Positions 58,923 to 64,000 of a DNA stretch of 64,000 nt are shown here, in pieces. The notes beneath the pieces are model-generated. The model saw only the letters and a list, made by a program, of their open reading frames with translations. It was not told where the DNA came from and made no database searches. Position 1 is the first letter of the stretch. The number at the start of each line of letters is the position of its first letter. Source of the DNA: a bacterium (GTDB lineage Bacteria; Zhuqueibacterota; Zhuqueibacteria; Residuimicrobiales; Krinioviventaceae). The stretch lies in contig CAXXMD010000003.1 in NCBI GenBank assembly GCA_963675755.2, forward strand, positions 2,368,001 to 2,432,000, written 5' to 3'. The translations under genes and the position numbers were made by a program.

Positions 58923-60191
58923 TCATTCTACCTTGTTGTGCATAAATTCCTGTTCTATTATACTCCGCAGGCGATTTTCAGCCAACTCTAAATATAGAGA
59001 TGACGAATCGCTGTTTTTACACATATCAATATAATCCCGATAATATTGTTTTGCCAACGCTTTATCATCCGATTTTTCATCATATACCACTGCCATATTG
59101 TAATACGAGATAATATGTTTGGGATTCAGACAGATAATGCGTTGATACAAATCAATCGCTTCATCATATTCATGCAAGGCCCGATGATTGGTTGCCTTGT
59201 AAGAGTATAATGAAATCAGATAGGCCTGATCACTGCACTGGATGGCAATGTGATATTCTTCATTAGCGACTTTGTGTCTGCCAAGAGAAGCCAATGCCAT
59301 TCCCCGGTACATATGCCCGTACATGTCCTCATTGTTTAGCGCAATCAGTTGTTGAGCAGACTGTTCACAAAGTTTATATTTTTCTGCAATATAACTGTAA
59401 CGAACCAGGCTTTTTAGCGACGCATACAGATAATTGCCTTCCAGCTCGACACATCTCTGATGATTTTTTATGGCGGCATCAAGAGTATCCATTTTGTACA
59501 ACGCTTCGCCCATGTAATAATAGAGTGCGTCCGAGTCTGCATTCAGGGCCATTGCAGAAATAAACGTGCTTACTGCGTCAACAAAATTTTCCAGGCTATA
59601 TTGTGTAATGCCCATATATAACCGACTTTTGAAATGTTTGGGGTCCAGATTGGATGCATGTTCCAGATATTTCAGAGCTTGTTCAAAATCGCCTTCCCGA
59701 TAAAATGCATAACCCAGTCTATAGGTGTCATTGACCAGGGTTGTATCTAATTTATATATGTTCAGCAGGGGGGCGATGGATAGCGAAAACCGTCCCTGTT
59801 TTTGGTAAAGCAATGCAAGCTTGCGCAAAGCCTGAACATGGGTTGTGTCTAGTGCCAGTGCATGCTGATAAGAAACCGCGGCATCTGATTCATTACCCCG
59901 AGATTCATAACATCCTCCTATCAGTACATGAATATCTGCACTATCAATATCAGTTGCACCGAGGCTTTTTATAAAGGCATCCAATGCCTCAGAGTCCCGA
60001 TCTAATGATTTGAGGGCCTGGCCCAGATAATAGTTTAGATTCGGATCATCAGGATAGGTTTGCAAATGGACATGCAGGGTGTCAATAGCCAAGTCGTATT
60101 CCTGATTGATAAACATTTGCAGAATATCATTAGTAGTTGCGGCACCAATTGGTAATGATAAAGACAGGAGTAATAAAAAGAGTTTATGCAT
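58923..60191 (-). CDS. Exported tetratricopeptide repeat protein
   Basis: Signal peptide; repeated YYLG..AL..P helical motifs. Confidence 0.88.
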   Translation of the reverse strand: MHKLFLLLLSLSLPIGAATTNDILQMFINQEYDLAIDTLHVHLQTYPDDPNLNYYLGQALKSLDRDSEALDAFIKSLGATDIDSADIHVLIGGCYESRGNESDAAVSYQHALALDTTHVQALRKLALLYQKQGRFSLSIAPLLNIYKLDTTLVNDTYRLGYAFYREGDFEQALKYLEHASNLDPKHFKSRLYMGITQYSLENFVDAVSTFISAMALNADSDALYYYMGEALYKMDTLDAAIKNHQRCVELEGNYLYASLKSLVRYSYIAEKYKLCEQSAQQLIALNNEDMYGHMYRGMALASLGRHKVANEEYHIAIQCSDQAYLISLYSYKATNHRALHEYDEAIDLYQRIICLNPKHIISYYNMAVVYDEKSDDKALAKQYYRDYIDMCKNSDSSSLYLELAENRLRSIIEQEFMHNKVE

Positions 60192-60207
60192 GATTTCTCC
60201 GGAAATG

Positions 60208-60247
60208 AAACAACACCAGGAAAATTTAAATCATCCTGGTGTTGTTT
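60208..60247 (-). terminator. Intergenic hairpin (terminator or mRNA stabiliser)
   Basis: AAACAACACCAGGA / TCCTGGTGTTGTTT perfect 14-bp stem. Confidence 0.55.
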
Positions 60248-60265
60248 TTAGGGTGAAGGACTTTT

Positions 60266-61984
60266 CTATTTTGTATCTTTTAATCGGAAAACAACCGGTA
60301 TACCAACCCAAACTTTGAGAGGTTTATCGCGTTGTTTTGCTGGCTCCCATTTTACAGATTTGATTGCTTGAATTGCGGCTTCCGCGCAACCGTTATCTCC
60401 ATTACCAATGTTCTCGAGTATTTCAGTATCAATTATATTTCCTTCACCATCAAATAGACAATTAATTACTACTCTGCCTTCAATTCCGGCTTTGATAGCA
60501 AGATTAGGGTATCTTAGATTTTTTTGAATGGCAGAAAACCCTCCTGTGGGTTTTGGAGAAGTACTTAATTTTTTCCATTCGTTTTGATCTGTTTTAGATG
60601 GAGGTGGCGGACTGTCTTCAGTTTTTGGCGTTACCAGAACCTCTTCAGTCCCATTGTCGGTAGAAATAGTGATTCGTTCAGAGCCATAGGTGACAATTTC
60701 TTTTTCCATGGGAACAACAGTGATTTCCAATTTGCAGTTAATGTTTGTTGCTTTATTTGCTGCAACTTTAACATCATTAATAATTATGGTTTTATAACCA
60801 ATCATTTGAAACTCGAGGGTGTAACTTCCCGGTGGAATGTTTGGTATAAAGTACTTTCCATCCTTGTCCGCTGCCGCTCCTAATGAGGTACCTTTGACAA
60901 TTATATTGGCACCGGGTAAAGCATATTCTTCATCCAGGTCTTGAACTTGACCCCAAATCTTTCCAGCAGCTCCTGGTGTGTTCATGCTTGATATTTCTGA
61001 TGTTACAGCTTCGGGTGCCTGGGGTACTCTTGAATTTTCCTGACTGCAATACCAGGACAAGGGTAGAATGAGCAGCGCCAGGATGAGCAGCGCTGCCCGG
61101 GTTTTGAATGTAGAACGTTTTTGCATAGTTCCCTCCTGCAATTGGTACGTTACACGATTTAATAATTTATGTTTTTGCTTGATCAAGGCCGATGCGGAAA
61201 TGTAACTCCATTGCGGATCTGTGATTTTTTCCGCAATGTCAATTAAATAGCGTGAATAGTCTCCTGGTGATATACTTGATTTTTCAATCGCATAATCATC
61301 ACAGGCCATTTCACGGTACTCGTTAATACGTTCATTTAACAGCCAGACAAAAGGATGAAAAAAGTAGAATGCCTGTACAACTGTTTGCAGAAATTGCACA
61401 AAGCCGTCTTTGCGTTCAATGTGTGCCAGTTCGTGCTGCAATAATACTTTGCGTCCTTTTTCGGTTATAGCGTTCCAGTAATCCGGAACATAGATGCGAT
61501 TGGGGAATACGCCCATACTGAGAGGCGAAAATATATTTTTGCTAATAAAAAGATCTATAGAGGAATCATGAGCCGGCAGCTTTTTAGCAGACTCGAGAGA
61601 AAGCTTTAAAATAAAGGTTGAAAGTGTTGAGATGATCAAATAAAGTGCTGCTGAGCCGATCCAGATCATGAAAAGAATAGCCGTTGCAGAGGGTTTGGTC
61701 ATTGATATTTCCTGAACAACAGTTTCTATGGATATAAGCTTTTCCACCGTTACAGATTGAGCTACAGGTTCTGTCAATGCAAACCATGAAAAATGTCCCG
61801 GAATAAAGGGGGGGAGTAACAATTTAATGATACCAAGCACACCAATCATATATTTAATACGGGCATCTGCTTTCCGTAAAAGATGTAAAACAAAAAATAC
61901 CAGACCCAGGAAAATCGTATTTTGCAAAATGGCCAAGCCAAAATACGATGCCCAGGTTTCCGCGATTTGATTAAAGAATATCAT
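60266..61984 (-). CDS. BlaR1/M56 peptidase fused to carboxypeptidase-regulatory-like and TonB C-terminal domains
   Basis: HELAHIERKD..FFHPFVW..REMACD; LPGANIIVKGT..G.YFIPNIPPGSY; YPNLAIKAGIEGRV..WEPAKQ..PVVFRL. Confidence 0.9.
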   Translation of the reverse strand: MIFFNQIAETWASYFGLAILQNTIFLGLVFFVLHLLRKADARIKYMIGVLGIIKLLLPPFIPGHFSWFALTEPVAQSVTVEKLISIETVVQEISMTKPSATAILFMIWIGSAALYLIISTLSTFILKLSLESAKKLPAHDSSIDLFISKNIFSPLSMGVFPNRIYVPDYWNAITEKGRKVLLQHELAHIERKDGFVQFLQTVVQAFYFFHPFVWLLNERINEYREMACDDYAIEKSSISPGDYSRYLIDIAEKITDPQWSYISASALIKQKHKLLNRVTYQLQEGTMQKRSTFKTRAALLILALLILPLSWYCSQENSRVPQAPEAVTSEISSMNTPGAAGKIWGQVQDLDEEYALPGANIIVKGTSLGAAADKDGKYFIPNIPPGSYTLEFQMIGYKTIIINDVKVAANKATNINCKLEITVVPMEKEIVTYGSERITISTDNGTEEVLVTPKTEDSPPPPSKTDQNEWKKLSTSPKPTGGFSAIQKNLRYPNLAIKAGIEGRVVINCLFDGEGNIIDTEILENIGNGDNGCAEAAIQAIKSVKWEPAKQRDKPLKVWVGIPVVFRLKDTK

Positions 61985-62376
61985 TGATTATCCTTTAGGT
62001 TTTTTTCTTTTTCTTTTAAAAGGGCTTTTATTTTTTTGATCTCGTCCATACTCAGCTCCTGTGAGTCAATCAGATAGTTTGCCATGGCGGGTACCGAGCC
62101 TTTAAAAATACGCGAGGCAACGGAAGATATTTCTGATCTTACCATGTCTTTTCGGGATTCGACAGGTTTGTAAAAATTAACCAATCCGATTTTTTCAGTT
62201 TCCAACATGCCTTTTTTAACCAGGGTATTCATGATTGTTTGCACGGTGGTATATGCCTTTTCTCCGTTGGGGTAAAGTTTTTCCAATACATCTCTTACCG
62301 AGGGCGGGGTTTCCAAATTCCAGATTGCTTCCATAATTTCCCATTCTACCGGAGTCAGTTTATTGTTAGGCGCCAT
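61981..62376 (-). CDS. BlaI/MecI/CopY-family repressor
   Basis: LTPVEWEIMEAIW, AYTTVQTIMNTLVKKG; 4-bp overlap with the M56 gene. Confidence 0.93.
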   Translation of the reverse strand: MAPNNKLTPVEWEIMEAIWNLETPPSVRDVLEKLYPNGEKAYTTVQTIMNTLVKKGMLETEKIGLVNFYKPVESRKDMVRSEISSVASRIFKGSVPAMANYLIDSQELSMDEIKKIKALLKEKEKNLKDNQ

Positions 62377-62402
62377 TGTTTCTCCTATGGTTATAATTTA
62401 AC

Positions 62403-62447
62403 TACTATACCTATAGTAATGATACTAAATTTATAATAACTTGTCAA
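62403..62447 (-). promoter_or_regulatory. Sigma-70 promoter with adjacent BlaI-type operator
   Basis: TTGACA (62447-62442)-N17-TATCAT (62424-62419); palindrome TACTAT-ACCT-ATAGTA at 62403-62418. Confidence 0.75.
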
Positions 62448-62946
62448 GTGTTTTTTCAAGTTAGTAACTTTTTTTACTCTATCAGGAATTCTTTACCTTT
62501 TCACTTTTCTCTCAAACTGCGATTACAAATATGTAATTAGATTTTTAGGGTTTTTTGTGTAACTGTATAAAAAACAGAGTCTGCTTTTTGCATTGCTTTT
62601 ATATTTTGAAAATGTTTGATTACATTTTTGGCATTAAATTTGATTAGAGTGATGACGAATAAATTATAGCAACATTCAAGTATGGATCTGTTCAGTGATG
62701 ATTGTTGCTTCAAATAAAAAAAATGCCATTCATCTGATGGTGTGAAATGGGAAGTATATGGGAGTTTTCAATTGATGTGTTTAATAAGGCAACCTGTAAT
62801 AAAATCAAATAATCTATTATTCATTAAAAACAAAACTAACATCTTTATAAAATATCCGCATTAATGGTTTAACTAAATGCAATGGATATTGGTGTATCTT
62901 GATGTAAAAGTAATTTGTAAATCAACAACTAACCGAGGAGGATTCT

Positions 62947-64000
62947 GTGAAGTCTGACAGAAAACGTTACAATTTTTTAAACCTTTGGACTTTTTTTCTG
63001 ATCATATTAATGGTCAGCGGATTTGTTCAAACACCTGCCATTGCGCAGGATAATGTAGACGGTGATGGTGGTTTTGTTCCGTCAGGAAGCATCGAGTTTA
63101 TGGGCTCGTCTGTTTCCACCAAAGATTACCGAATGACCCCTGCTGATAATGGGCTGCCAAAAACTGAAGGCGCAACCTATATGCAGGACACGGACAATGA
63201 AAATAACAGTCTCACCGGAACAGCGGACGGTGATGTGGATGCAGCTTCAATGTATAAAACTGATTCTTTGCATCCTATTGAATTTAATATTTTTATGACC
63301 GGTGCTTTGCCCACTGAAAGTGCAGTCCTGTCTATTTATGGCTGGGATGTGGATGAAGAATCCGGTGAAGTTAATGAAGTATATTTTAACGGCCATTTGG
63401 CAGGTACAATGACCGGTGCAAACCAGGTTTGGAATACAACAACTTTTGTACTTGATAAATCCTGGGTCAAATCCGGTAAGAATTTGGTGCAGTATTATAT
63501 TGATACGCAAACTTCAGGTGAATGGGCATCTGCTGTGGACTGGGGCCAGCTGGTTATTGACGGCGGTGTCAGGGGACAGGCAGACCTGGAAAAAATCGAA
63601 TATATTAGTGAATCTGTAGGCAGCACGAATGTAACCGTGAATGTCAATGCTCCTGTAGAGATTTTGGTGCCAGGTAATTTTAGAATTGAGCTCAATTTTA
63701 AAGATCCAAATGGTAATGTGATCACTTCTACTTCCCGAAATTTTACTGGCAATAGTGTGGGCGAGATTGTGAACCAGGCATATGCGCTTTCTTATCCTAA
63801 AAATGATCCGTCAGGAACCTATACAGTAGAAGCTATTGTGTTTGAAACCGACGGTAATACCCTGCAGGTGTTTAAAACCATGGAATTTGAACATACACAA
63901 AATACGGGTCCTGCCAGCGCACCTGAAATGATTGTTAAAGGTCAGGGTATTGAAATTGTCGACGGCAGCAGTTCAATTTCTACCGGTAACAACACTGATT
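62947..64000 (+). CDS. 5' part of a large secreted multi-domain surface protein (missing from the ORF track, runs off the window)
   Basis: GAGGAG RBS, GTG start, signal peptide ..TPAIAQ, frame open to the end; final PEMIVKGQGIEIVDG..NTD resembles the start of a choice-of-anchor D/Ig-like domain. Confidence 0.8.
   Translation, partial: MKSDRKRYNFLNLWTFFLIILMVSGFVQTPAIAQDNVDGDGGFVPSGSIEFMGSSVSTKDYRMTPADNGLPKTEGATYMQDTDNENNSLTGTADGDVDAASMYKTDSLHPIEFNIFMTGALPTESAVLSIYGWDVDEESGEVNEVYFNGHLAGTMTGANQVWNTTTFVLDKSWVKSGKNLVQYYIDTQTSGEWASAVDWGQLVIDGGVRGQADLEKIEYISESVGSTNVTVNVNAPVEILVPGNFRIELNFKDPNGNVITSTSRNFTGNSVGEIVNQAYALSYPKNDPSGTYTVEAIVFETDGNTLQVFKTMEFEHTQNTGPASAPEMIVKGQGIEIVDGSSSISTGNNTD

Overview
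Chromosomal window of a diderm bacterium. The PNPFNP/FlgD-Ig C-terminal sorting domains and Tat-exported enzymes suggest an FCB-related lineage such as KSB1 or Calditrichota (inference). I see no rRNA, tRNA, CRISPR array or prophage. The left half (1-32 kb) is a patchwork of secreted and membrane proteins and catabolic enzymes: nitrilase-family hydrolase, Gfo/Idh/MocA oxidoreductase, NhaC, CPBP protease with a membrane LuxR regulator, secreted caspase-like peptidase, GH92, TDT channel plus porin, aminotransferase and a PL11-like propeller. It also holds a REP-associated tyrosine transposase (RAYT) broken by an in-frame TAA between ~103-bp direct repeats, and a very AT-rich orphan gene encoding a putative HTH plus OLD-type Toprim protein with no ATPase. 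The right half (32-57 kb) is an envelope/export island: TetR-OMP-ABC-2 permeases-LolA-like, TetR-TolC-MFP-RND, DUF4097, pepD, then Yip1-TolC-MFP-ABC-2 permeases-STAS. Five transcription units there share a SigW-like ECF promoter motif (about TGAAAC-N16-CGT), my best candidate for an undescribed system. The window ends with a BlaI/M56-TonB module and the 5' part of a large secreted protein. Several REP-like palindrome families occur in nested clusters. All product calls come from motif recognition only; no searches were run.
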